64,000 nt of DNA from Eledone cirrhosa (Eukaryota), in assembly GCA_964016885.1 (NCBI GenBank), contig OZ024745.1, positions 50,592,001 to 50,656,000 on the forward strand. Direction: 5' to 3'. A model generated the notes under the pieces. The model was not told the origin of the DNA and ran no database searches. It saw only the letters and a program-made list of their open reading frames with translations. A program made the translations under genes and the position numbers. Shown here in pieces: positions 1 through 11,545 of the stretch. Position 1 is the stretch's first letter. Every line of letters begins with the position of its first letter.

Positions 1-174
1 TGTAAGGGTTTGTTTCAAAGAATGGTGATTCCATGTCTTTTAATAAACCGGAGTTTAAATAAAATACTAATCTTCATAATATAGTTATTTACTAAACTGG
101 GTTTAGTAGATAACAGTTGATATGCTATGTAAAGTTACTTTCCATGGGCATTACAGTATAAAGTCATTTTACAT

Positions 175-320
175 TCATTGTACAATGTATGGTCACATCT
201 CATTGACTGTACAATGTTTGGTCACATCTCATTGACTGTACAATGTATGGTCACATCTCATTGACTGTACAATGTTTGGTCACATCTCATTGACTATACA
301 ATGTGTAGTCACTTCTCAAT
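175..320. repeat. 29-bp tandem minisatellite, ~5 copies
   Basis: Unit tgtacaatgt(a/t)tggtcacatctcattgac starts at 179, 208, 237, 266 and (degenerate) 295. Confidence 0.9.
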
Positions 321-799
321 TTGAAGTATTACTGATGATGTTTGGTAAATACTTTTATTGTAGCAATCTTGGATCTCATCTCAGCAGATGTTTCACATCA
401 CTGTTTGTATTTCTGGTACAGTCTTCAGTCCAACGTCATTTTGAAGTATGTCAATAAAGTTAGGTGGATAAACTGTGGAAGATAAACCACTAAGTATTGG
501 CTGCCATTAGACCAGATTTGGAGCTAATCACAATTTTCACAGCAATTTTTTCAGTTAATTTTGATATACATTTCTGTATTGGTTTTGTGGCTTTTCCCAG
601 TGAAGAGCCATCAGTAATATGCAAAAAATACATTGTCTAGCTGATTTTCAAGCTTCTGTATGAGTGTCCTTGTCTCATAGTGATGAGATAAGATAGATTC
701 AACTGTTGCAATCCTTAATGAACCCAGCCATAACCAGGTCTGGTTTTATGAAACAAAATCACCCATTTTAATGGTTTCCTATTTAAATTATAATCTTCC

Positions 800-1630
800 A
801 ACGACTGACAGGTGTAGGATCAGTCAGCTGGAATTTGCAGACAACATGGTATTATTTAACTCAACAGAAGGTGATCTCTGACATGCACTTGATAGGTTTG
901 ATGCCAGGTGCTGCTTGGCTGGAATCAGTGCTGTAGAAACTGAGACATTCGTCCTCTCAAGGAAGCTTGCGCAGCACTCACTACATGTGAATAGAATTCC
1001 ACTGCAGCAGGTGGAGAAGTTCAAGTATCTCAGAGCTGTGTTCATGCGTAATGGAAGGCAGGAGGCTGAATTAAGTGAAAGAATTGTAGGAGCTGGTGCA
1101 GTAATGTGCCAGCTTCAGCATTTGTTAATCAGAAGTAGGGAGGTAGGCGTAAAAACCAAACTTGCTATCTTCAATTTGGTATCGGCCAACCCTTACCTAT
1201 GGTCATGAATCTTGGGTGAAGACCAAAAGAATACGATCGTGAATTTAAGCGGCTGAAAGGGTCTGTGGAGTAACATTACTTGAAAGAATGTGTTGCTCAG
1301 AGATCAGAGAGTTGCATCAGGTAGAGCCACTACTTTCTGAGAGCTCACAGCTCCGATACTATGGGCATATGGTAAAAATATTTCAGGAAAGAATTGCTTG
1401 ACAGATTTTATGGGCAAAACCAACTGGCAGGAGATCCAAGGGTAGACCTCAAACAAGATAGTTGGATTACACCCATGAGCTTGGCTGGTCTCGCTTGAGG
1501 GAACTAGCCAGATCAGTTGGAAATGGTTGCTTCTGACAACTCGATGGAAGGAGTGTTTGATGACTCTGCCCCCCCCCCCCCCCCCCCCATCATCCTCGCA
1601 GGAATAAGTGGGCAAAGAAGAAGAAGAATT
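800..1630 (+). mobile_element. RTE-clade LINE, 5'-truncated, degenerate RT C-terminus and 3' end
   Basis: Translates to ..IPLQQVEKFKYL..GRQEAELSERI..KTKLAIF.. then YGHESWV; 3' end caggaataagtgggcaaagaagaagaagaa is shared with the copy at 10370-10625; frameshifts and stops present. Confidence 0.85.
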
Positions 1631-2514
1631 TTCAAATATATTCATCTATATAAGAAACGTATTTAGTTACTATCTTAATAATGAAATAATAATTTTAGTA
1701 AATCCTTAAAAATTCTTCATTATCCCTTTTAATATCCATTTGACCAAAACCAGCTCTGGTTCTATGAAACAAATTACTCATTTTAAAAGGCTTTATTTAA
1801 ATTATAATCTTCAATATAACTTCTATATAAGAACCATGTTTTGTAACAAACTAATTAATAGTTTTAGTAAATCCCTCAAAATTCTTCATTAATTAATTGA
1901 AAAATAGTGTATTTCATTAGAAAAATAGTGTATTTCACGAGAGGGTTAAACTTATGTATTTTTGTTTATGTCCATCTTGTAACTGTGCCCCTATATGCCA
2001 TGATAACTGTAGAAAATATTTCTAACTGTTGAAATAACTGGAAGAAAACCTTCAGCAGCCATCTAATTAATATGTATTATGTTTTGGTTATCTGCTTGTG
2101 AGCTTATATCATCATTATCAGCATTCATCATCACCACCACCATTACCATCGCCACCACAATCACCAGCATCATCGCCACCACAGTCCTCATTATCATCAA
2201 CAACTTTCACTTTCTGTATATTTTATTACCTGTACTAATCTGTATATATTATTATCTGCATGCTAGCTCAGATCCTTTCCCCAGTCTGTATTTACTGTTA
2301 CAGACTCCCTCTCACACACATTGATCTATATATATTATATTACCTGTTTACTGCCTTCAGACTTTACCACCTGTATATAAATATGTTACCTGTATGCTGG
2401 CTTCAGACACATTCCAAACTGTATAAGGTTACTTGTACTCTAGCTTCACACCATTCCTTTGCTGTATATACATTGAATCATTCTGACTGTATATTGTAAT
2501 TAGTTAAATTAAGC

Positions 2515-3590
2515 TATTGTATATACTCAAATATAAGCCGAAGAATAACATCAATGGTAAAATGGGGAGAAGGCTTATATTTGGGGTCAAATTTTGATGA
2601 TTTTCACCAACTTCAAATTCTAAGTAAATAAGGTGCTAAAGTATCTGGAGTGATTGTTTCACAAGGAAACATTGTTTTTCTACACTTACTATATCCCATG
2701 AGTTTTATTTATGCTTTGCCTTGAGAACATTTCCATCAAATTATTATTATTTGAACCTTTTAATATATTAATATCCCTTATACATATACATACACGCACG
2801 CGCGCGTGCTGGCTGTTTTTCTTCGCAACTTAATTATACTTTTTCTTTCAATCTTGTTTTGTTTTATTTCACTTGTTCTCTCTCCCTCTCCTGCTTGCTG
2901 TCTCTTCCTTCCTCTATTACCCTGAATCCTTATGCAGTGTTCTCTTAGTTGATTTCATTCAACTATTCCCTGTTTATTTTGATCGCCCCTAATGTTTTAA
3001 TAATCTCCATAATGGTTAAAGAAAATCTTTTTTTTTTAATAATACCTTAACTCTTTATATTATATTAATTTAGTATCGGTAGAGGGTCGGACACTATGAT
3101 TTGACGCATAGAGTTACGGCCCTTGCCATTCTGAGTTCAAATCCCGCTGAGGTTAACTTTGCCTTTCATCCTTACGGGGTCGATAAAATAAAGTACCAGT
3201 AATGTACTGGGTAATTGCTGGCCTTGTGCCAATAGTAGAAACAATTAATTTAGGATTTTTTAATTATAAAGAAATAGAATTTTCTAAAAATGTAGGAGAG
3301 AGTTGTCATATTTTAACTTAGGGGTTTTGTCTGTACCTCATAGTGATTTTACTACTTCTTTTAAATTAAAAGTAATAGATACTGCTGATACATGGTGGAC
3401 TTGTGAAACAAAAACTATACTCTAAACAAAACTTAAAACATTTTAGATATCAAAATATTAAAACTTAGTAAATTTTTTCTCCACTCATGAGATTTTGAAA
3501 ACTGCGCCATATTGATTAGGTGGTTTGGATTTTTGCCTATTTCTCAGACATAAAATAAAAGGGTCGGCTTATATTCGAGTATATACGGTA
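2515..3590. mobile_element. Non-autonomous Tc1/mariner (pogo/Tigger-like) DNA element with nested SINE
   Basis: Imperfect TIRs tattgtatatactcaaatataagccga (2515) and tcggcttatattcgagtatatacggta (ends 3590). Confidence 0.65.
3070..3245 (+). mobile_element. tRNA-derived SINE (family S1)
   Basis: B-box gagttcaaatccc, core ttgcctttcatccttacggggtcgataaa, tail ggccttgtgcc..agtagaaac; many copies in the window. Confidence 0.85.
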
Positions 3591-5099
3591 ATTATTTCCT
3601 ACCTGTAAATTAGATGTTAACAAATGTCCTTTCTATGATTTTCTCTCTTCATATTTTAAAAATAATTTGACTTGATACTGCTATTAATATTGATATTAAT
3701 CTGATTTACAGTTCAATAAATTATTTTTTAATCATTCTTTGTTTCTGTTTCCTTTGATATATGGAATAGATTTCAAACTCACCCCACAACTACACAACAC
3801 ACCTGTAGCAATAATTTGATACTCCTAAATAGAGTTTCTTTCACACTTATCAAGCAACCATCAAGAAGCTGAACTTTGTGGCCTCATGAGTTTCCATTGT
3901 GAATGGGCTTTCGAGTCACCAATATGTCTGAGATTTTGACATCAAATGGCCATCTGCTTATTCTCAAGTCTGAGACAAAGGAAGGAATACTCATAAATAG
4001 TCTGCTACCAGAGTCAGCGAAAGCAGTTGCAGAGTTCATACTGACTAGCTAAGATGTAGTGGTCAACTGTCTTACACACCGACTGCTTTGGGTCCCTCTC
4101 TTTCTCTCTCTCTCTCTCTTTGTCAGGCCAGCGAAATTCATCCCATCAACAGAAGTTTGGTAAATACAATTTGTACAATTTTAATAATATCTTTGCAAGC
4201 ACACATACACATCATACCCGATACATAACATCACACAATTCAACTGTGGTTATTTGTTCTCTGTGTATTGTTGTATAACTTTGACAAAAGTTATATTTAA
4301 TAAATTAGTAACATAGCGGCTTTGTGTTATTGTGGTTTATATATTTCATTTCCTATGTGATCAAGGTGAATCACTTACCCAAGGAACCATCACATCACTA
4401 TCATAATGCACACCCGCAATCTCTGGTCACACTATTTCAGGCACATCAATCTTCCTTCACCTACAATGTACATAACTGACCACACCACTGAGCAATCCAT
4501 GAGTGAGTACACAACAACTGAATCAACACCAAAATACAACCATCCATCCTAGCATCTGACCTGCAATACACGAAGGTGGTTTTAACACCTGCCAAAAAAT
4601 AGACATAACATCACCCAATATCTATTTTCTTCTCATACTCTTCCTTTCTTTCCTCTACCTTCCTGTACTCCAAATATATTTTACTATTTTCCTCCTTTTG
4701 ACTAAGCTACTGTGCACAACATTTCTATCTCTTCCTTTTCAGTTTAAGCACATTGGTTTGTAGCATTTATTGTCTTTATATGTATAATTTGCTGAAAGGT
4801 AGTCCTGTGTTTTCCTGTTTTGTTGCACCCTAATGTCCACAATGGAATAGTATCAACCTTAATGCGCTGAAACTATTCTGTGTTGGAACATCTTTCAGGA
4901 AGACATGGCAGGGCTGAGATCCGTATCGAATATCAGTTACGAATGAAGGCTACCACGAATATACCCCTTTAAACACAATCATAGTGGAAGGTAGGTGTAA
5001 ATGCAGAAATCGATTACGTGTTTTCTTGATGATATACATATTTTCTGTTGAAAGGCCAACTAGGGATGACCATCGGTTTTTCACCAAGAAAGTTCCCCT

Positions 5100-5332
5100 C
5101 TGAGGGAAGTCATCCATCAATACTAGTCTCCCCTTTCCATACCAATGATATTATCTATGCGCCGATACAGCTTGACACCAATGCTGTTACAACTCATTTC
5201 AGCAGCTGCGTAAACTAGATTAACACGAAGTAAGGTGTCTTGCTCAAGGACATAACGCACCACCCGGATCGGAAATTGTACTCAGAACCTCACGATTGTA
5301 AGCACAATGCTCTAACCACTAAGTCACGCGCT
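5100..5332 (-). mobile_element. tRNA-derived SINE (S2-type head)
   Basis: Minus strand gcgcgtgacttagtggttagagcattg..gcgttatgtccttgagcaagacac resembles the copies at 19201 and 31139. Confidence 0.7.
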
Positions 5333-5880
5333 TTCTTATATATATATATATATATATAATTACGAAGGTTGAGGCGAAGCCAGTTGAATAGAGTGGAAAT
5401 AGCTTCGGCCATTATCTCACTCACCCTTTGAGAAACTAAGTTCGTACTATTAAATTTCGAACCCAGCTGGCCCGTGTGGACACTTTCGTTAAACAACGAG
5501 GGGAAACAGCTTCGTGTGGGTAAGATGATACGGTCCCTGAACTGCTGGATGAAGCTCTCAGTTGCTAGTGACAAGTGATGTTAGCAGTAAGCTCCCTATG
5601 ATCGCAACGTCACATCAAAGAGGAAGTAAGCCAGGTCTGACTAAACTGAATCACGTTTGCAAAAGCAATTCACATTGAAAAAATATGATTATTGCAACAA
5701 CCACTCAACCAGTGCGTTTTCAAATAGAAAACAAATACAGTACCGCAAACAATAAATGTGTGTGTGTATATATATATATGGATGTATATATAATGTATTT
5801 TGCAATACACTTTATGCTTAATTAAAAGCATTTTGAAGACCGTAAGCTATTGTTTTAAAGTAGTGACAAATTCACTCACT

Positions 5881-5977
5881 TTGATCTCAGCAGATAGGGG
5901 AGATAAGCCGACATGACATGTTTCGCATTTGTTGAAGCTTATCAAGGCCAACTACCCCGCCTGTCTACTGAGATCAA
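5881..5977 (-). ncRNA. Type I hammerhead ribozyme, U3:A8 core variant (unit 1; also 6197-6291, 6511-6607, 6827-6923, 7143-7239)
   Basis: Minus strand UUGAUAA-gc(uucaacaaau)gc-GAA-ACAUGU-C, enclosed by a long imperfect stem I (gatctcagtagacagg..agttggc / gtcggct..cctatctgctgagatc). Confidence 0.7.
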
Positions 5978-7535
5978 TGATGTTATATTCTTATAGAAAT
6001 CTAGTAAATAATCAGGAGCTGATTATGCAGAACGGTTGTTGGTCAGGCAGAAATTAAAAATTAGAATTGGAGCTCTGAAATAGCAATATATATATGGATG
6101 TATATATAATGTATTTTGCAATACACTTTATGCTTAATTAAAAGCATTTTGAAGACCGTAAGCTATTGTTTTAAAGTAGTGACAAATTCACTCACTTTGA
6201 TCTCAGCAGATAGGGGAGATAAGCCGACATGACGTTTCGCATTTGTTGAAGCTTATCAAGGCCAACTACCCCGCCTGTCTACTGAGATCAATGATGTTAT
6301 ATTCTTATAGAAATCTAGTAAATAATCAGGAGCTGATTATGCAGAACGGTTGTTGGTCAGGCAGAAATTAAAAATTAGAATTGGAGCTCTGAAATGGCAA
6401 TATATATATGGATGTATATATAATGTATTTTGCAATACACTTTATGCTTAATTAAAAGCATTTTGAAGACCGTAAGCTATTGTTTTAAAGTAGTGACAAA
6501 TTCACTCACTTTGATCTCAGCAGATAGGGGAGATAAGCCGACATGACATGTTTCGCATTTGTTGAAGCTTATCAAGGCCAACTACCCCGCCTGTCTACTG
6601 AGATCAATGATGTTATATTCTTACAGAAATCTAGTAAATAATCAGGAGCTGATTATGCAGAGCGGTTGTTGGTCAGGCAGAAATTAAAAATTAGAATTGG
6701 AGCTCTGAAATAGCAATATATATATGGATGTATATATAATGTATTTTGCAATACACTTTATGCTTAATTAAAAGCATTTTGAAGACCGTAAGCTATTGTT
6801 TTAAAGTAGTGACAAATTCACTCACTTTGATCTCAGCAGATAGGGGAGATAAGCCGACATGACATGTTTCGCATTTGTTGAAGCTTATCAAGGCCAACTA
6901 CCCCGCCTGTCTACTGAGATCAATGATGTTATATTCTTATAGAAATCTAGTAAATAATCAGGAGCTGATTATGCAGAACGGTTGTTGGTCAGGCAGAAAT
7001 TAAAAATTAGAATTGGAGCTCTGAAATAGCAATATATATATGGATGTATATATAATGTATTTTGCAATACACTTTATGCTTAATTAAAAGCATTTTGAAG
7101 ACCGTAAGCTATTGTTTTAAAGTAGTGACAAATTCACTCACTTTGATCTCAGCAGATAGGGGAGATAAGCCGACATGACATGTTTCGCATTTGTTGAAGC
7201 TTATCAAGGCCAACTAGCCCGCCTGTCTACTGAGATCAATGATGTTATATTCTTATAGAAATCTAGTAAATAATCAGGAGCTGATTATGCAGAACGGTTG
7301 TTGGTCAGGCAGAAATTAAAAATTAGAATTGGAGCTCTTTAAAACAATAGCTTACGGTCTTCAAAATGCTTTTAATTAAGCATAAAGTGTATTGCAAAAT
7401 ACATTATATATACATCCATATATATATTGCTATTTCAGAGCTCCAATTCTAATTTTTAATTTCTGCCTGACCAACAACCGCTCTGCATAATCAGCTCCTG
7501 ATTATTTACTAGATTTCTATAAGAATATAACATCA

Positions 7536-7632
7536 TTGATCTCAGTAGACAGGCGGAGTAGTTGGCCTTGATAAGCTTCAACAAATGCGAAACATGTCAT
7601 GTCGGCTTATCTCCCCTATCTGCTGAGATCAA
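7536..7632 (+). ncRNA. Hammerhead ribozyme (U3:A8 variant) in the inverted unit of the array
   Basis: ggcc-TTGATAA-gcttcaacaaatgc-GAAACATGTC-atgtcggc on the plus strand. Confidence 0.7.
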
Positions 7633-7993
7633 AGTGAGTGAATTTGTCACTACTTTAAAACAATAGCTTACGGTCTTCAAAATGCTTTTAATTAAGCATA
7701 AAGTGTATTGCAAAATACATTATATATACATCCATATATATATTGCTATTTCAGAGCTCCAATTCTAATTTTTATATATATATATATATATAAGTATGGA
7801 TACGTACATACATATATGTATACAGACATACAGTAGTATATATATATACATACATGCACACATATATACATGTACGTACAGATTTATCGAACATTTATTA
7901 TAATGCTCGGTTTGTTTGTAAACAAACATCCCGAATTAAGCCGTAGAGTGTTTAACAACCATCGTTGCCCTTTTGTTCAACACTGACAAAGGA

Positions 7994-8036
7994 ACGATGT
8001 ACTAGTTTCAAACTTATTAGCTATCGTCAGCACCGT
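7994..8036 (-). ncRNA. Minimal type I hammerhead ribozyme, canonical core
   Basis: Minus strand acggtg-CTGACGA-t-agct(aata)agtt-t-GAA-ACTAGT-A-catcgt: 6-bp stem I, palindromic stem III, GUA site. Confidence 0.75.
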
Positions 8037-8173
8037 ATACCTTCCTGCCAGATGATTGAACGTCTGCAAGTATATACTTTCCTTATGCATATTAACGGCT
8101 GAGCAGCCTAATTTGCATATCGAGTGAGTTAATCGGCCGGGCGCATATATATATCATTATATTGATACGTATA

Positions 8174-8358
8174 TGGTGGATTGGCAGTATCGGTAGAGGG
8201 TCTGACGCCATGCTTTGACGCATAGAGTTACGGCCCTTGCCATTCTGAGTTCAAATCTCGCCGAAGTTAACTTTGCCTTTCATCCTTACGGGGTCGATAA
8301 AATAAAGTACCAGTAATGCACTGGGTAATTTGCTGGTCTTGTGCCAAAAGTAGAAACA
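8174..8358 (+). mobile_element. SINE S1 with 19-bp target-site duplication
   Basis: attatattgatacgtatat occurs on both sides; A/B-box-like head. Confidence 0.9.
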
Positions 8359-8811
8359 ATTATATTGATACGTATATATTATATGCGCACTGTACATATA
8401 CATATAATCTCATTCTTTGATTTAGCCAATGCTGGCGCACGATCATTCTACAGCTCTCGCTCTATCTTTTTTTTTCTTTGTGGCTTTTGATGAAAGGAGA
8501 AATTTGATTGAACATTCAACGTTTTAAAACTCCGTAGCAGGAAAGAGGTTTGGCTAATATTTCAAGGGACATAACTCATACATATTTTCTTTTGTAAGGG
8601 AAGTAAGTCGAAAGAAAGTTTCAGAAAAATAAAAATTTTTTCCGGTAAATGCTGTCTGTGACTGATGATACTTTTTAGTTAATTTCGGTAAAAGATTTTC
8701 ATTAAAAAAAAAGAAGAAAACTTTATAGATTCTATTTTATTGAAAATTATTCTTACTAATGGAATTATGATTGTTTGTTCGGGGTTGTTTCAAACCCCAA
8801 CTCATATAATT

Positions 8812-8998
8812 CAGGTGGATTGGCAGTATCAGTAGAGGGTCGGACGCCATGCTTTGCAGCAAAGAGTTACGGCCCTTTATGGTCTGAGTTCAAATTCCGC
8901 CGAGGTTAACTTTGCCTTTCATCCTTACGGGGTCGATATAATAAAGTACCAGTAATACACTGGGATAATTTCTGGCCTTGTGCCAAAAGTAGAAACAG
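8812..8998 (+). mobile_element. SINE S1
   Basis: Same head, core and tail as the copy at 8174. Confidence 0.85.
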
Positions 8999-9879
8999 TT
9001 ATGTTTGGCCCTTCTGAATTATAGTTAAAGGTTTGTTCCAGCTTTGGTCAACAAAACTGAAGTGGCTAATTTTATTTGAGGCGGAATTTGGCTCGTATTT
9101 CGAGCAGGTTTAATGAACAAACAAACAAACACACATATACATACACTGATTGATGCACATAGACACAATCCTTTAGAGAAAAGCAGACACAGATACATAG
9201 GCATACACACATAAACAGACATATGCATATCGACACAGACACACTTATACACTTATACACCTACATTTATAGATGCATATACTTAAGCACATATTACACA
9301 TAGAAAAACACCACACAACTACACACACAGATGCCCATAGATACATGGATAAACATATATAAACATAGACACATACAGACATACCTAAACACATAGACAA
9401 ACAAACACGGACATACACTGACACATATAGACACAGTTACAGACAGATACACACACGCACATACACAAATGCAAACATATATCCCGTGTAGGCACACACG
9501 GAGTCGCAAACCTAATTTGTAGGCACGGGCGCGCGCACACACATCTCATGTAGACACACATCTTGGGTAGTAGTCTTAATCCGTCGCCCAAATTTACACT
9601 GCCACCTGGCTTTTGGGTACCTTCAGCAGAGTTTGCTCCGGTTTGATAATACTTTCTTCCTTTTCTTCTACGGGTCATGGGACCATTGAAAAGCTAGTAT
9701 ACATAGCTATTTCACCCGACTTAGCAATAAAAAAATTATTTGACACCTTTGCTTAGTCCTGGTAGAGATTGAAACCGCATATCTTTGTATTTTGTCAATG
9801 CAAAATAAAATAAAAAATATTTTTTATATAAATTTTAACTTAAATTGAGCGTCTCAGTTTTCGCAGCACTGATTTTCAT

Positions 9880-10625
9880 TCGAGTTATGCAGCACTCGCC
9901 ATCAAGCCTATCAAGTACAAGTTGAAGATCATCTTCTGTCGAGTTGAGTAACACCATGTCGTCTGCAATTCCAGCCGACTGATTTTACACCCGCCAGTCG
10001 TGATACCACTTCCAACCCGGCTGCACATGTCAATCCTGTCCACGTAAATAATGATTTCTAGTATAGGCACAAGGCCAGTAATTTGGGGGAGGGGGAAAGT
10101 CGATTAAATCGACCCCTATGCATTACTGGTACTTTATTTTATCGACCCCGTAAGGATGAAAGACAAAGTTAACCTCGGCGGGATTTGAACTCAGAACGTA
10201 AAGAGACGTAACTATGCCGCAAAGCAAGGTGTCCGACGCTCTACCGATTCTGCCAGTCCACCGCCCTTTGTCCATGTAAATAATGAACAGGAGAGGTGAC
10301 AGTACGCACCCTTGGCGAATGGTTTCGATTTAGCACCATTTATCCGAACACAAATACTCGGGCATTCGTATGGGCATGTGGTTAGAATGTCTTAGGAAAG
10401 AATCACTGGACAGATTTTACGGACGAAACCAACAGAGACGCATGGGAAGACCCCGAACAAGATGGTTGGATAATATCCATGAGCTTGGCTGGTCACGCTT
10501 GGGGATCCAGCCGGATCAGTTAGAGATGTTTGCTACTGACAGGACCTACTGGAGAGAGTGTTTGAGGACTCTGCCCCCACGACCCTCTCAGGAATAAGTG
10601 GGCGAAGAAAAAAAGAAGAAGAACT
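9880..10625. mobile_element. RTE LINE 3' fragment with inverted 5' segment, interrupted by a SINE
   Basis: Plus strand 10370-10625 reads GRPRTRWLDNIHELGWSRLGI..LPPRPSQE; minus strand 9885-10370 reads RT region RQGCVLSPLLFIIY.DRID. Confidence 0.75.
10055..10266 (-). mobile_element. SINE S1 with ~18-bp TSD
   Basis: Flanked by tgtcca(c/t)gtaaataatga at ~10037 and ~10269. Confidence 0.85.
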
Positions 10626-10907
10626 TAAATTGAAACACAGAAAAATAATTGAATATCATGTTTGGTTTTAATGAAATAAAAACAGAAAAATCAATTTAAA
10701 ACATTTGGTAAGTTGTGGCAAAGAGTGAAACTTCCATCAATATATTGTATTACTAATTCAAAAACATTTACTGTTATACATTAGTTAATGGAAAATACAT
10801 TTAGATGTAGCATTTTCTTTTACTTCAGTGAAAAAATTTAAATTTGACAACTTAAATCCTCGCGAAGATTCGAAACCGTTATTTTTTATTTAAGTTCGTT
10901 AAGTAAA

Positions 10908-10939
<32 letters not shown>

Positions 10940-11254
10940 ACACACACACATATATATATAATTATTTATATATTTATTTATTATTCGTACAGATTAAAGT
11001 TTAAACAAAGAATCTCTGCTTTCACCCTATATGTATATATATTTAATATTATTTTTGTATTTCATAGCCAAAAATATATATATCTCAATGAATTAATGAC
11101 TGACCAATTCTATATTGCAGAGATGTTCCAAGATAGCCTTGGCTTCTTAGGTCAATGTTGTGCCATGAAGCCAAACTAAATACTTTTCCTATGGTAGTTT
11201 CATATACACGACGATCAGCTAATGACACAATAAAATAACCCACAACATGCAGAT

Positions 11255-11545
11255 AAACGCACCCAGTACACTCTGTAAAGTGGTTGGTGACAAAGAGAGC
11301 ATCCAGCCGAAGAAAATCTGTCGAACACATGATCTAGCTAGAGGATTCTTCAGCTGTGTCAAGGGCAAGACAACTTCCCTAGAGTTGGTGTCACTCGGTA
11401 GAGCGCAGGAATGTATGTAAGCGAGATGCAGGCTACTGGTGCATCCATGTGATCAGTACCTCCACTTCAGTACCAACCTGGTCTTCTGACGATCTGTCCA
11501 GCCCATTTTAGCAAGGAAAGCGGACATTAAACGATGATGATAATG
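11255..11545 (+). mobile_element. Degenerate SINE 3' portion
   Basis: cccagtacactctgtaaagtggttgg..gcatccagccg..ctgtccagccc..ggacattaaacgatgatgat tail; recognised only by resemblance. Confidence 0.45.

Larger units (their letters stand above)
5771..7774. repeat. Retrozyme-like array: five direct ~316-bp units plus ~1.4 inverted units
   Basis: The ggatgtatat marker recurs at 5780, 6096, 6410, 6726 and 7042; sequence switches to the reverse complement at ~7337 and runs to ~7774; (TA)n on both flanks; units nearly identical. Confidence 0.95.

Noticed and set aside
175-320. 29-bp repeats as a CRISPR array
   Set aside because: Head-to-tail with no spacers, eukaryotic context, no cas genes
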